Notes: generated by a model not told the origin, from the sequence alone. Shown: positions 50,588 to 63,150, numbered from the stretch's first letter. The stretch is 64,000 nucleotides of DNA from Macrostomum hystrix (GCA_950097015.1 CATNEN010000012.1:558001-622000); one strand, 5' to 3'. Numbers and translations: made by a program.

Positions 50588-51280
50588 GACTAGGAATAGA
50601 CTAGCAATCCATTCTGTTCCTTCACCTATGGAATAGACTAGCAATCCATCCTGTTCCTTCACCCATGGAATAGACTAGCAATCCATCCTGTTCCTTCACC
50701 TATGGAATAGACTAGCAATCCATTCTGTTCCTTCACCTATGGAATAGACTAGCAATCCATTCTGTTCCTTCACCTATGGAATAGACTAGCAATCCATCCT
50801 GTTCCTTCACCTATGGAATAGACTAGCAATCCATTCTGTTCCTTCACCTATGGAATAGACTAGCAATCCATCCTGTTCCTTCACCTATGGAATAGACTAG
50901 CAATCCATCCTGTTCCTTCACCTATGGAATAGACTAGCAATCCATCCTGTTCCTTCACCTATGGAATAGACTAGCAATCCATCCTGTTCCTTCACCTATG
51001 GAATAGACTAGCAATCCATTCTGTTCCTTCACCTATGGAATAGACTAGCAATCCATCCTGTTCCTTCACCTATGGAATAGACTAGCAATCCATCCTGTTC
51101 CTTCACCTATGGAATAGACTAGCAATCCATCCTGTTCCTTCACCTATGGAATAGACTAGCAATCCATTCTGTTCCTTCACCTATGGAATAGACTAGCAAT
51201 CCATTCTGTTCCTTTACCTATGGAATAGACTAGCAATCCATTCTGTTCCTTCACCTATGGAATAGACTAGCAATCCATCT
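50588..51280. repeat. 37-bp minisatellite (GGAATAGACTAGCAATCCATTCTGTTCCTTCACCTAT), about 18 copies
   Basis: Period 37 (50593, 50630). Confidence 0.96.
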
Positions 51281-52362
51281 CCCTCGAATCTCACTCTCGT
51301 GCCGCAGTTGCACCTGGATTCCCCAGCAGCGCGGCGGCGAGCTTTTATTCGGCAGAACAAGTTGAGAAAGGGGAGCAGGAATCATAGGTCCAAGTGGGAA
51401 AACTCGATGGGCTCAGGCCTCCTTCCCAATCCCGTTCATTTCTATCTCCCATTGGGACTTGATCGAGACCGGAAGATTTTCTTCCCTCCGCCCTCTCTCC
51501 TTCCTTTCGTCCCGTTCTCATTTCGGGCTTAATTTATATAATGCGAGAACTGCGAAATTCATCTCTATTCATGAACTTTGACTCACTTGGTTCTGTTGGA
51601 CTCTCAAGGCACCGCGATGGCGTGGTTATCAGCCGTCCGGCTAATGGTGATAAAAGTCACCAGAGTCATCGCATTGCACTGAACGGATAAGATTCTGCTG
51701 CGACCCCGTCTGCTCATACTCATTTTTGTTGATTATTTCAAATTGGTTTGTCAAGTTTGTTCCATCGGGTGAGATTACTTTCTTAAGCACTTTATCCCAG
51801 TACGGAAGTACCTCACATTTCATATTTGATTTTTCCATCCGTGGCATAGATTAGCAATCCTCCGCAGTCCTCCCTCCATGGCATAGATTAGCAATCCACT
51901 GCAGTCCTCCCACCATGGCATCGTAGTCTATTGATCCATTTATCACAAGTTAGGGATCTGCATAGCCAAAAGAGAAGCTCAACGGCCACAACGCGAGACT
52001 CCAGCTCCCTGTTGACGAGTTCTAGAGCCTTATCCACTCGCTGAATCTGCTGTGGCTGGCACTGCTTCAGTCGGCCATTCAGCTGAGGGACTGACTTGGC
52101 ACAGAAACCCGAGCTGCCCTTTCCTTGTCCTAATCCAGAGTTCCACTCTTTGAAATCTCCGTCTTTCGTGCGTGGGAGGGCGACTCGCCAATCAAAACTG
52201 CTTTTGCAGCCCCCAGTTACTAATATATCCCCGGCGCCTGTCCCATTGTCAATTCGCATGCGGATTATCAGCCTTCTTAGCTTGATTAAAATCTGTCTGG
52301 CTCAGTGAGCCGATTGACTGAGGTTTGGACATCTTGCGAGCTCGGGGCCCGGGCTAAAGTAC

Positions 52363-54356
52363 ATGTCAGCCAGCGAGCAGGTCATGCTGCCCGTGAACGG
52401 CTGCCTGAGCCGCCCCAGTCAAGGCTGGGGCCTCATTCCGAGCTGCCTTCATTCAGACAGGCCGGACAGCGACGGGTCTTTGTCGGCGACGCCGCTGTCG
52501 CCACAGTTGCTGTCCGCCCTGGCCGGCACTATGGAGGCCATGCGGCGGACCATAGGCGGCTTCGCCGAGGCCTTCGCCGGCAAGACCAAGTCGGTGATTG
52601 GCCGGCTGGCCTGGGGAGCTAATGTAGTTGGCCAGCAGGCGCAGGGGCCGCCGGAGCCGCCGCTGCCGCCCGTCGGCGGGGCGGGCCTACGGCTGCGGAT
52701 TGCGCCACGCGGACTGTACGCTTTGAAGAATCCGCGCGGCCTAGCCGTGACGCCCGGTGGTGAGTGGCCGTGTTACCAGACTTTTTTTCTAGCGTACTTT
52801 TAGCCATTATTTCTTTTTTGCTGTGGATCGAGGATTGTTAGGGGAAGGGAAATATTGAGAAAGCCTTTGACCCTAGATAAAAGCACGGCTAGGTTGCCAA
52901 AGGCACAGCAAGGTGGTCAATGGCACAGCAAGGTAGTCATTGGCACAGCTAGGTTGTCAAGGTCACAGCTAGGTTGCCATGGGCACAGCTAGGTTGCCAT
53001 GAGCACAGCTAGGTTGTCAATGGCACAGCAAGGTGGTCAATGGCAAGCAAGGTGGTCAATGGCACAGCAAGGTTGTCAAGGTCACAGCTAGGTTGTCAAG
53101 GTCACAGCTAGGTTGCCATGGGCACAGCTAGGTTGCCATGGGCACAGCTAGGTTGTCAATGGCACAGCAAGGTGGTCAATGGCAAGCAAGGTGGTCAATG
53201 GCAAGCAAGGTGGTCAATGGCACAGCAAGGTTGTCAAGGTCACAGCTAGGTTGGCAAGGTCACAGCTAGGTTGCCATGGGCACAGCTAGGTTGCCATGGG
53301 CACAGCAAGGTTGCCATGGGCACAGCTAGGTTGTGAAGATTAGCGCAAGCTTTAGAAGGGACGCCGCTCCGCTACTCGTTAGGCGACTTCGCGGTTGCCG
53401 ACACCGGCAACCACCGCGTCCTGGTGTTCAGCGAGTGCGGCGAAGTGAAGCTGTGCTTCGGCGCGCCAGGCGACCAGGACAGCAGCGTGAACAGCCCGCT
53501 CGCCGTGGCCGTCACCAGCACCGGTTGCATCGCCCTGATCGATGCAGCGCAGTGCCTGACCAAACTTTTTGATAGTCGGGGCGACTTTTTGAAGGTGCTG
53601 CCAAACGAGCGGCGTCACCGGCCGCTGGAGCCGAGAGGCCTGGCCGCAACTCAGAGCGACTACTTCGTGCTGTCCGACCGGGCCAGGCGCTGCATTGTGG
53701 TGCTGTTCGCCGACGGCAGCCGGCGCAGCCAGTTCGGCGAGCCTGGCGACGGTCCCGGCCAGCTGGCTCGCCCGGAGTCGGTGGCGGTGACCCTCGATCG
53801 ACGAATCATTGTGGCCGACGTTGCGGCGGTGAAGATTTTCAGCTTCGGCGGCCGGCCGCTGCGCGCCTGTACCAGCAACGGCTTCCGGCTACTGGACGAG
53901 CCGAGGCCGGAGGTGACTGGCGTGGCCTCCGATCACGTCGGGAACATTCTGGTGTCGGCGAGCGCCTGCGTCGGCCTCCTGCTGCCCAGCGGCCGGCTGT
54001 GCGGCCTGATGGACCGGCAGGACGGCCTGCGGGCGCCGGCAGCTTTGGCCTTCGTACCGCACAGCGAGTCCTTGGCGCTGCTTGAGCCGCACACGGATGG
54101 CCGGGGCTACCTGCTGCTGCTGCACCACTCGTCCGACCTTCTGCAGCCGTTCGTGCTGCAGAAGGACAACGGGGACGACGAGCGGAAGAGCTTGAACTCG
54201 ACAGCCGAGGATCAGCAGCAGAGGCAGCGGGTGCGCCGCCAGCGTCGACAACGTCGGAATTGTCGGCGACAGCTGCCTTGTGAAATGGCTGGAACAGAAT
54301 CTAATGGGACAGCAGCTGGGCAGACTGAGCGGCCAAAAGCTGCCACGCGTGCTTAG
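52363..54356 (+). CDS. NHL-repeat beta-propeller protein (about 456 aa), TRIM-NHL-like propeller without visible RING/B-box
   Basis: Exon 52363-52759 (...LKNPRGLAVTPG|G) is spliced in phase 1 to 53383-54356 (GDFAVADTGNHRVLVF; SPLAVAVTSTG; EPRGLAATQSD; GQLARPESVAVTLDRRIIVAD). In-frame stop upstream of the ATG at 52306. Confidence 0.85.
52880..53335. repeat. Mosaic 17-21-bp repeat (GGCACAGCTAGGTTGTCAA-like) in the NHL gene intron
   Basis: Direct inspection. Confidence 0.9.
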
Positions 54357-54554
54357 AAACCCAAAGCCAGCATGTTCACTTAGCCACAGTGCTATCTGCC
54401 TTATTTAAAGTCCGCAGATTTTAAACTCACCACCTCATTGACCTTGTTCTTGACCCACCAAACGCTCTGCCACCTTCAATCACCTAACTCCGCCCCTCGG
54501 TCCCTTTACCCTCGTCTCTTTCACTTACTCATCTCGGTCACCTGCGCCACTCCG

Positions 54555-55045
54555 CCGACCCACCCAACTCCGGCTCTCGCCTCCGTCACCCAGCCTACTC
54601 CGGCTCTCGCCTCCGTCACCCAGCCCACTCCGGCTCTCGCCTCCGTCACCCAGCCTACTCCGGCTCTCGCTTCCGTCACCCAGCCCACTCCGGCTCTCGC
54701 CTCCGTCACCCAGCCCACTCCGGCTCTCGCTTCCGTCACCCAGCCCACTCCGGCTCTCGCTTCCGTCACCCAGCCCACTCCGGCTCTCGCTTCCGTCACC
54801 CAGCCCACTCCGGCTCTCGCTTCTGTCACCCAGCCCACTCCGGCTCTCGCTTCCGTCACCCAGCCCACTCCGGCTCTCGCCTCCGTCACCCAGCCCACTC
54901 CGGCTCTCGCTTCCGTCACCACCGCACTCCGGCTCTCGCCTCCGTCACCACCGCACTCCGGCTCTCGCCTCCGTCAACCCTCTACTCCGGCTCTCGCTTC
55001 CGTCACCCACCCCACTCCTGCTCTCGTCTCCTTCATCCACCCTAC
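54555..55045. repeat. 30-bp minisatellite (CACTCCGGCTCTCGCTTCCGTCACCCAGCC)
   Basis: Direct inspection. Confidence 0.95.
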
Positions 55046-55799
55046 TCCAGCCCTCATCTTCTTCCCCGTATCTGTTTAATCTACTTAATCTACTTTTATC
55101 TGCTAATCTACTGTTTAATCTAAATAATGTAACGCAATCGCATTTGCTTAAAACAGCATCATATCTTCGGGCGCTCATTGTAAAAATATTTTTTGAAGCT
55201 ACCACAACGTGCATAACTAATGAGCTGGTAGAGTTTTACAATGAGATTTTGTTTAAAATGACCGGAAAGTTTATGAAATGACGGATCTCTGATTTATTAT
55301 TTTGCTTTGACAGTAAATAAATTACTTTGAAAATCAGCTCGAATGCGCGTGCTAAAAATAGCATCGGGACAAAAAAGTGACTCGCAAAAGCTTCACCATC
55401 CAGAATTAGACTATAGATGGAAATTGCTAAAATTAGAATCAAGCATATACTGTATCTGCAAGCGCGCATCATTTTGCAGGCAAATTATACACACAAAGGC
55501 TTCATAGAATTGCCTCCCTGATACAGTCTATATGTGCCACATGCCCACCTGGCCTTAATGAGCAGTCAGGCAATGCCTCTTATGTCGCTTTGACACATTT
55601 CGGGGCACTGCATAAGCGCTTGACGATATGTTCTAACTGGTCGTTTGAACGGCAAAGCATGGACTATTTGAACCTGGATTATTGCCAACTTTGAGCAGTG
55701 TTGATAGCGCTGCTATGCTGATTTATAAAAAGAATCTAAAAACTGAAGATTTCCTTGTTCCAATTAGGAAATCTTCCTTCCAACCACATCATGACATGC

Positions 55800-56035
55800 C
55801 CTATCCAGCCACGTCACGCCATGCACCATCCAGCCACCTCACACCATTGTGCAGCCACCTCTCACGCCGTGGGGCAGCCACCTCACACCATGACCAATCC
55901 AGCCACCTAACGCCATGCACCATCCAGCCACCTCACACCATTGTGCAGCCACCTCTCACGCCGTGGGGCAGCCACCTCACACCATGACCAATCCAGCCAC
56001 CTAACGCCATGCCCCATCCAGCCACCTCACACCAT
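55800..56035. repeat. Compound ~95-bp duplication built from CAGCCACCT(C/A) subunits
   Basis: About 55830-55920 is repeated at about 55925-56015. Confidence 0.8.
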
Positions 56036-56464
56036 GACCCATCTAATTGACAGAAATCTGCCCCCTCGCCGATGAAACAAATACCAAGCTATACAAAAGA
56101 TTAAGACAAACATCGGATCCTCAAATCGGCACAGTCAACTACTATCCCCATTTATATCCCGTATCCCGATCATTCTTTCAATAAAGGGCTCTAGACTCAC
56201 GCAGGAACTAAGTAAGCTGGTGTTAATCCTTACGGATGCACCAGGGTTCAGCTGAGCTACAGATTTTCAGTCGAAAAATCCGAGCGGATATTTCATCTCA
56301 GATTCCTGCCCTGCCAACCCAGGGGAATTCTAGCGCCGTAACTTCCCCAGTTATGCGGGCGCAAATGTACAAGCGCAGCTCTGGCAGATCCGGCACCGCT
56401 GAGTGTATTGTTTCAGTGCTTCAAGAGCTCAGTGATTCTGCGCAAAAGAAAAAGTTGTCAAGAC

Positions 56465-57102
56465 CAGAGCAAGGTTGCCAAGGGCAAAGCAGGGTTGTCA
56501 AGGGCACAGCAGGGTTGTCAAGGGCACAGCAGGGTTGTCAAGGGCACAGCAGGGTTGTCAAGGGCACAGCAGGGTTGTCAAGGGCACAGCAGGGTTGTCA
56601 AGGGCACAGCAGGGTTGTCAAGGGCACAGCAAGGTTGTCAAGGGCACAGCAAGGTTGTCAAGGGCACAGCATGGTTGTCAAGGGCACAGCAGGGTTGTCA
56701 AGGGCACAGCAGGGTTGTCAAGGGCACAGCAGGGTTGTCAAGGGCACAGCAAGGTGTTCAAGGGCACAGCAGGGTGGTCAAGGGCACAGCAGGGTTGTCA
56801 AGGGCACAGCAAGGTTGTCAAGGGCACAGCAGGGTTGTCAAGGGCACAGCAGGGTTGTCAAGGGCACAGCAGGGTTGTCAAGGGCACAGCAGGGTTGTCA
56901 AGGGCACAGCAGGGTTGTCAAGGGCACAGCAGGGTTGTCAAGGGCACAGCAGGGTTGTCAAGGGCACAGCAGGGTTGTCAAGGGCACAGCAAGGTTGTCA
57001 AGGGCACAGCATGGTTGTCAAGGGCACAGCAGGGTTGTCAAGGGCACAGCAAGGTGGTCAAGGGCACAGCAGGGTTGTCAAGGGCACAGCAGGGTGGTCA
57101 AG
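56465..57102. repeat. 20-bp minisatellite (AGGGCACAGCAGGGTTGTCA), about 32 copies
   Basis: Direct inspection. Confidence 0.96.
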
Positions 57103-57589
57103 GGAATTCTGCTTCCCCAGGTATGCGGGAAAAAAATTACAAGCGCAGTTCTGACAGATCTGGCACAGCTAGACGCATTCAGTGCTTGTTGGACAAGTTG
57201 AAATCCAGAAATAAATAAAGAAATCATTCTAGATAAATCACTCGAAAGTTGATATCCTCCATAAGATCCAGACTTTATTCTGACGATTATCCCACTCCAA
57301 GCAGCTGCAGCATCACCTTTCAGAGTATTAGAGTTAGAGCTGCAAATAAGCCATCTACAATCTAATCACTTTCCTTACCTTCCAACTGTTTTTCTCTTTT
57401 CACCTCCATGCATGCTACTTATTGAGTGCAGATTTTATTAAAGCCCACTTATTGGGATTGTAGTTGTATTAGTGACTTTCAACAGAACGGCCCCTGCACT
57501 CCCAAACGTTCAGATTATTGTCTCGTAATCCCCTCACTCCACCTAGTCTAATGTTACCCTTTTTTGTTGTATTTCTTCTTCTGTCCCTC

Positions 57590-57930
57590 CGCCCCTCTTC
57601 AATCCCCTTCTCTTCTCCCCTCCTCTATCCCCTTCTCTTCTCCCCTCCTCTATCCCCTTCTCTTCTCCCCTCCTCTATCCCCTTCTCTTCTCCCCTCCTC
57701 TATCCCCTTCTCTTCTCCCCTCCTCTATCCCCTTCTCTTCTCCCCTCCTCTATCCCTTCTCTTTTCCACTCCTCTATCCCCTTCTCTTCTCCCCTCCTCT
57801 ATCCCTTCTCTTTTCCACTCCTCTATCACCTCCTCTTCTCCCCTCCTCTATCCCTTCTCTTTTCCCCTCCTCTATCACCTCCTCTTCTCCCCTCCTCTAT
57901 CCCCTCCTCTTCTCCACTCCTCTATCCTCC
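57590..57930. repeat. ~25-bp pyrimidine minisatellite (CCCCTTCTCTTCTCCCCTCCTCTAT)
   Basis: Direct inspection. Confidence 0.92.
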
Positions 57931-59330
57931 TCTAGCCATGATTGCAAAGCAGTTTTGCGTCATAGCCATATCCGTGGATTCGTGGCTTCTTTGTATAATT
58001 TTTTGTACCCTTGTGGCCACACAGAAACGGAGAGATGACGCACTGCTTTTGAGTGCAGCAACGACCTAGGAGCGTACGAGTGTCTATGGTCGTCGACATC
58101 ATTGACTAACGATTTCTTTATAACAATTAATTTAAACCATAGACAGTTGTGCTGTGTAGGAATCGAACCAAACCAAGTTCGATTTAAGCAACGAAGCGAG
58201 CGCGTCCAAAACATGGATGAATGAATAGAATTCTATTCATTCCCAAATGAATCGGCTGCTAAACTTAGCTACTTTCCAAACGAGTGAGCGTGAGCGGGTT
58301 GACTTCTGCGGAGTTGACTTGCCGGGTCGCATTGCAAGACATGAATGATCTCATCGAGCAAGTGACGTTTGAAGACTCCGACTGTCCTGCTTTGCTGCCA
58401 ACATCTGACGAAACCATCAATGAACTGGAGGCCATTGTTGCTCAACAGTACAATACAACGAAGATCAAATCTACTGAGAAGCAGGAAGTTTTGGCTGTTC
58501 GTAAACTGAAGGATTTTTTTACTGTGTATTCTTCTAACTGCGACATCGACACTTGAATATCTAGTGGCGTCCTATCTATCTGACGTTGAATGTCTAGCTG
58601 AAAATTTGAACTACTTTTACGCTACACTTCAAAATGAATGCAAGACCTTCTATGCACCTTCTATTTATCTATCTGGTCATGCCTGTCACCAAGCTCAGAC
58701 CTGTTTCGTCCAGTCAGCACCTTATACTCGTAAATCAGGTGATCGAAGTGGATTCCACCAACGTAGAATGGAACCGTTCAGCGTTTTCGCTTGACTTCAA
58801 TGGAACTTTTGCGAACTGCGTGTTTAATTTTAAGCCCTAGGATGCAACCTGACAACGTCAATGCTACCCAAACTGAAAAAAACTATTAAGTTTTGCCGAC
58901 ATTTGTTTTAGTAGTATTGTAGTCATCTGTTTTAAATTCCTGTAATTTCGACGCTAGATTACTGTCTCGATTTCCAGTTCAAATTGAATAATAATTATTA
59001 TAAAAATAGAAGCGTGCGGCAACGGGACGTTGGCGCACGCAAATTCCACGCTGCCCCACTTTGTCTATGGTAAAAACATTCGCTAATGCACTGCCAAATC
59101 GTTAATCTCGCTCCCTTATTTCTAAAATTGGTTCCGCAACTCAATGCATGTATATTCATTGACTAGGTACTCAGCGACTAGGTAGTTTCGTCTATGTCAA
59201 AAGCCTCATGCATCCAGTGACACGGCAAAAGTAGCGAAAAATCTAATCACTGCAAAAGGAAGACGAGTCGAAATTACATTTCGTAAATATTATTTACATT
59301 ATCAGTCAACAGTCAACATCTACAATAGCT

Positions 59331-59783
59331 ATGAAGAACAGTAAAGTTAAGGCTAAGGAGGCTGGCGACAGCTTCTGGGAAGAGGACGCCAGGAGTCCTC
59401 GAGTCACCTCGGCCACACTACTCGTGCCCAAAGAAATCACGAAGGAGCTGTTCTACCCAGACGGTCGAGTATTGGACAGACGATTGGAGACAATCCAGTG
59501 CCGCTGCATTTGCCAGTTTCGCATGACCAAACTGTCGCCCAAGAACCCTGGAAACAAAGTCTGCGACAGAGTGGTAGTCGCGTACTCCTACCCGACCAAG
59601 AACCACCAGGTGACGCTGCGAATGTTTAACGATCTTGTGCAGCAGTGCGCCGGCTCGCTGCGCATCGGTTCTCTAGTGAAAGTGTGCAGCATCATGCACA
59701 ATCCGCCGTTGCCCATATTGCCAGCCAGGGCTGCCGCCTCCCAGCGTCGCAAAACCGACAGCAGAGAAGTCACCCGTAACTGA
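59331..59783 (+). CDS. Hypothetical 150-aa intronless protein, possible OB-fold
   Basis: Non-repetitive ORF with protein-like composition; VTLRMFNDLVQQCAGSLRIGSLVKV resembles the OB-fold beta3-helix-beta4 segment. Expression is not shown. Confidence 0.4.
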   Translation: MKNSKVKAKEAGDSFWEEDARSPRVTSATLLVPKEITKELFYPDGRVLDRRLETIQCRCICQFRMTKLSPKNPGNKVCDRVVVAYSYPTKNHQVTLRMFNDLVQQCAGSLRIGSLVKVCSIMHNPPLPILPARAAASQRRKTDSREVTRN

Positions 59784-60552
59784 CGACGGCATTTAGCAAC
59801 ATAAAAGGGCTCTGTCAGTGTGGCGCGTGTGAAACATCAATACGGCAGTACTGCTTCGCTCATTGCTCATTCTGATTTTACCAGGGCTGTCTTTCATGAC
59901 GGTCTACATGTCAATTTGTTGCTTTTTTGGACTCGCTCGTCAAAAACTCGTATATAACAATGGCTTCAAGCCTGTCATCTTAATTTTGCTTTTACTCTTG
60001 CCGAAGCCCGCACAAAAATAAGGTACTTTAAAAAGGGTGAGTGTGAGAAAGAGGGAGCAGCAGCGAGGATTCGATTTAATTGTATAAAAGTACAAAATAA
60101 GTAAAACAAAGTTTCTGTTCAAAAGTTTTACTAAGAATTACAGCCTCACAACCGATATATTGTGGATGTATCTTTTTGTCTCGCTCTCCCATTTCTCCGC
60201 AGCTCCATGTACCTAGAATGAAGTGGCCGTTTTATTTGTGTTTTTGCCTTTGCTTCTGCTTCTTGGGATTATGTGATCCCTTGATATCCCAGGTTTATAA
60301 CTCAGCTGAGGCTTAAAAGCTGATTATCACCCCCAGGTAAGATCCCTAAACATAACTTTCCCATTCCGTTTAGATACTAAAATACGAGTGCGATAATAAA
60401 AAATAATTGATTACACCTGCTAAACTTGGCAAGATGTGCAGCCGACAGCACAGCCGCAGCTATTGTGCGGCGCATCTGAAAGCTGTGTACGGCTGTTCTG
60501 TCCATGGACTGGAGGGACGCCACACCCCCTCATTTACCGCAACGAATGGTGG

Positions 60553-60686
60553 ACCCATTTAACAGCTGGGTGAAATGAAGCAATGCAGAGTTAAGTGTCT
60601 TGCTAAGGGACACAAATTGTTCCAGTGGAGTCGCGAATCGAACCCCCGACCTTAAAGCTGAGAGTTGTAAGCACTATAGGCTACAA
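60553..60686 (-). mobile_element. CORE-SINE-like element
   Basis: Minus strand: tRNA-like head with B-box GGTTCGATTC, followed by GTGTCCCTTAGCAAGACACTTAACTCTG...CCCAGCTGTTAAATGGG, resembling the MIR/CORE domain. Confidence 0.7.
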
Positions 60687-63084
60687 CATCTGAACCCCTC
60701 CAGATACAAAAAAAATATCCCATTCACAATAAATGCCACATAGTTATCATGAACACCAAGGTTTCCGCGTAACTTTCCATCTCATTAGCATCAGACACAT
60801 TTATTTTATTTCTCATTCTTGAAGGAAGAAATAGCTGATATTGCTCTCGCTGCTGCTCTGTCCTGTTGCTGTGCTCAATACTCAGCTCAACTCATTCTCT
60901 TTCTTATCTCTCTTTCCCTTCACACAGTCCTTTACTCTCGAGTTGAATCTTGAACACTGGGCTGCGTGTTTGGGCCTATTGTTGTGCCTCAGAGCGGTCT
61001 CACTCTGCAGCCTCCAAGAAACAAACTGGGAAGCAACATACCTGTCCCCATTCCACTGTCCCCCACCGGTTTGAGTAAGCTCGGAAGAATTACAAAGATA
61101 ATAGGAAGGAGAGAAATAGAGTGGCAAGGAGAATACGAGTCCCCGAAAAGCAAGATTAGAATGGGGGTGGGTTTGTGAGCAGCAGCTCTGCTCAGCACAC
61201 TGCGCACACCGCATCAACCCTACTGGCAGGTGCAGGAGTGGCGCCGGTCTGGCAAGAAAGTTCCCTTTTGGGCTGGCCGGTATGGAAGGACTCATTCGAG
61301 TCTATAGAGGAGACCTCTGTCCCCTCTCTCCCCTCTGTCCCCTGCTTTAGTTGTTGCTCTCATTTCTCACATTTCTCACACAAGTTCCAGGCCTGCATAG
61401 GACGGGCTGCATTCCCCCATCGTACATGCCCAGTAACGGGGGTTTCTGGCCTAGGCTGCGTATCTGACTGCGACTGACTCTGCTGCAACAGTCACTCAGT
61501 GTACATTGCACAATTTCCTCCCTAACCCTCTCTCCCCTCTATGCCTCCCCGCCTCCCCGCCTATGTCGTGGGGCTCTGTGCAATGCTTTTTTTCCTAAAC
61601 ATGCCTTCTCTTAGCTGAGCAATGCTGGGTAGCAACCAGCATAGGCACGCATAGAGACGTGGCGGGAATGCAGCTAGCTATACAAGACAGCGCACAAGGA
61701 TGTGGGTTGTTCGGAATTCGCCTCACAACTGCCTCAATACCATGGCAATGACTTTTTGGGGCCGTTGATATTGGATATAAAATTTGGCTAGTTGGGACCT
61801 AGTAAAATCCTGGCTCTATAACACTAATCGGCTTGAGAATATAATATGGGATTAATTTTCAAATCTACACGATTAGGAACTTCAGTGAACCAGGAATTTA
61901 GGCGAGTCGGAAGTTTGGCGAGGCGGAATTGGCTGGTATTTGGCCTTCTATCCTTACTTTTTGTAGTTTTTCATAATTTTTATCAATCTCATTAATTATT
62001 CGGTGTAAAATAAGAATTAGGAAGACATCCAACAGCCTACTGGATAGTTGCCATTATAATAAGAAGGCTATTACCCGTATCTTCTTGCTCCCTCTGCCTC
62101 AATCGGGCAAACAAACTGGAGTCTGTCACAACGAGTAAGTCTTTGAGTTGCTTGAGTAAGCGACTCACTAAATCGCTTACTCTTGTCCTCTGCAGCATTT
62201 CGCGTATTTCATTTTCGCTGTCCCCCTCCGCTTTCAAAACTCAGGGCGGGCATACGGCTTTCCCGTACGCCTTTAACCCCATATGCGGCTGCTAATTTTC
62301 TTGCCTAAGGGAGAGGGAGGGAGGTGGGGTGCAAAAAGGGGTGCGAAGAGCGAAGAGAGAGGACAGACAGATAGGATCACTTCTTATCCGGCTTGGGCTG
62401 CTGCCGCCGCACAATCTGAGTTGCGCCAACCCCCTCCGTTCTCTGCCAAAGCCACAACCACCTCCTCAATTTCAGGCTAGGCGGCTATGGCTGGCCTACC
62501 CCCCACCACACTTGCCATAGCACAAAGTCGGAGTGCCTCTCCCCCTCTCTGGCCACGACCCCACACACCCCTCATTATCCAGCACAACCCCCTCCCTCTT
62601 GTGCGAGCGAGCGTTTTTTGGGCTGAAAGGGAAGGGCCTGAGGCGGGAGAGGCGCCCCATTCCAACTTAAAAATATAAAAACACTGAGACAGAAGGGACA
62701 GAAAGACGGAGTCCCCTTCGTATAACCGGCGTCCCCTTCGACACGACAATAAGCATAGGCAGGCAAGGGCTTTTTTAAAGAGACAATTCTCTCTTGTCGA
62801 CCGCAAATCGCTCTGTGCAACGAAGTCGAAGGGGACCTTTCTTGATTCTCGCACATCGTCAAGATTAAGTAACAAATCCTGCTTCTCAGTTCTCTAACCT
62901 AGAAGAAAGGAAACGATAAACCTTACTCAAATCAGAGGTAAGCAATCCTTGATGCTGTCTTTCATTGATTAACAGTTACAAAATTGCGTAATCTCTCCTC
63001 CTAACTTCATGAGGCAATTCTAACCATTTCGCCAACTCGTTGGCACTCACAACGAGTACCGTACCGTACATCGGTACGCACCCA

Positions 63085-63150
63085 GTCTCAGGTGTGTACA
63101 TAATGCCCTGACTTTCTCATCGTCAGTGTATACTCTCCACTGTACCCTGT
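63085..63150 (-). mobile_element. Fragment of the tRNA-derived SINE-like family (copy 3)
   Basis: CAGGTGTGTACAT...TGACTTTCTCATCGTCAG-TGTATACTCTC matches about 6080-6130. Confidence 0.6.

Noticed and set aside
62037-62237. 66-aa helical-looking minus-strand ORF; likewise 51641-51847
   Set aside because: No ATG context, convincing splice sites or recognisable domain; cannot be linked to a gene.
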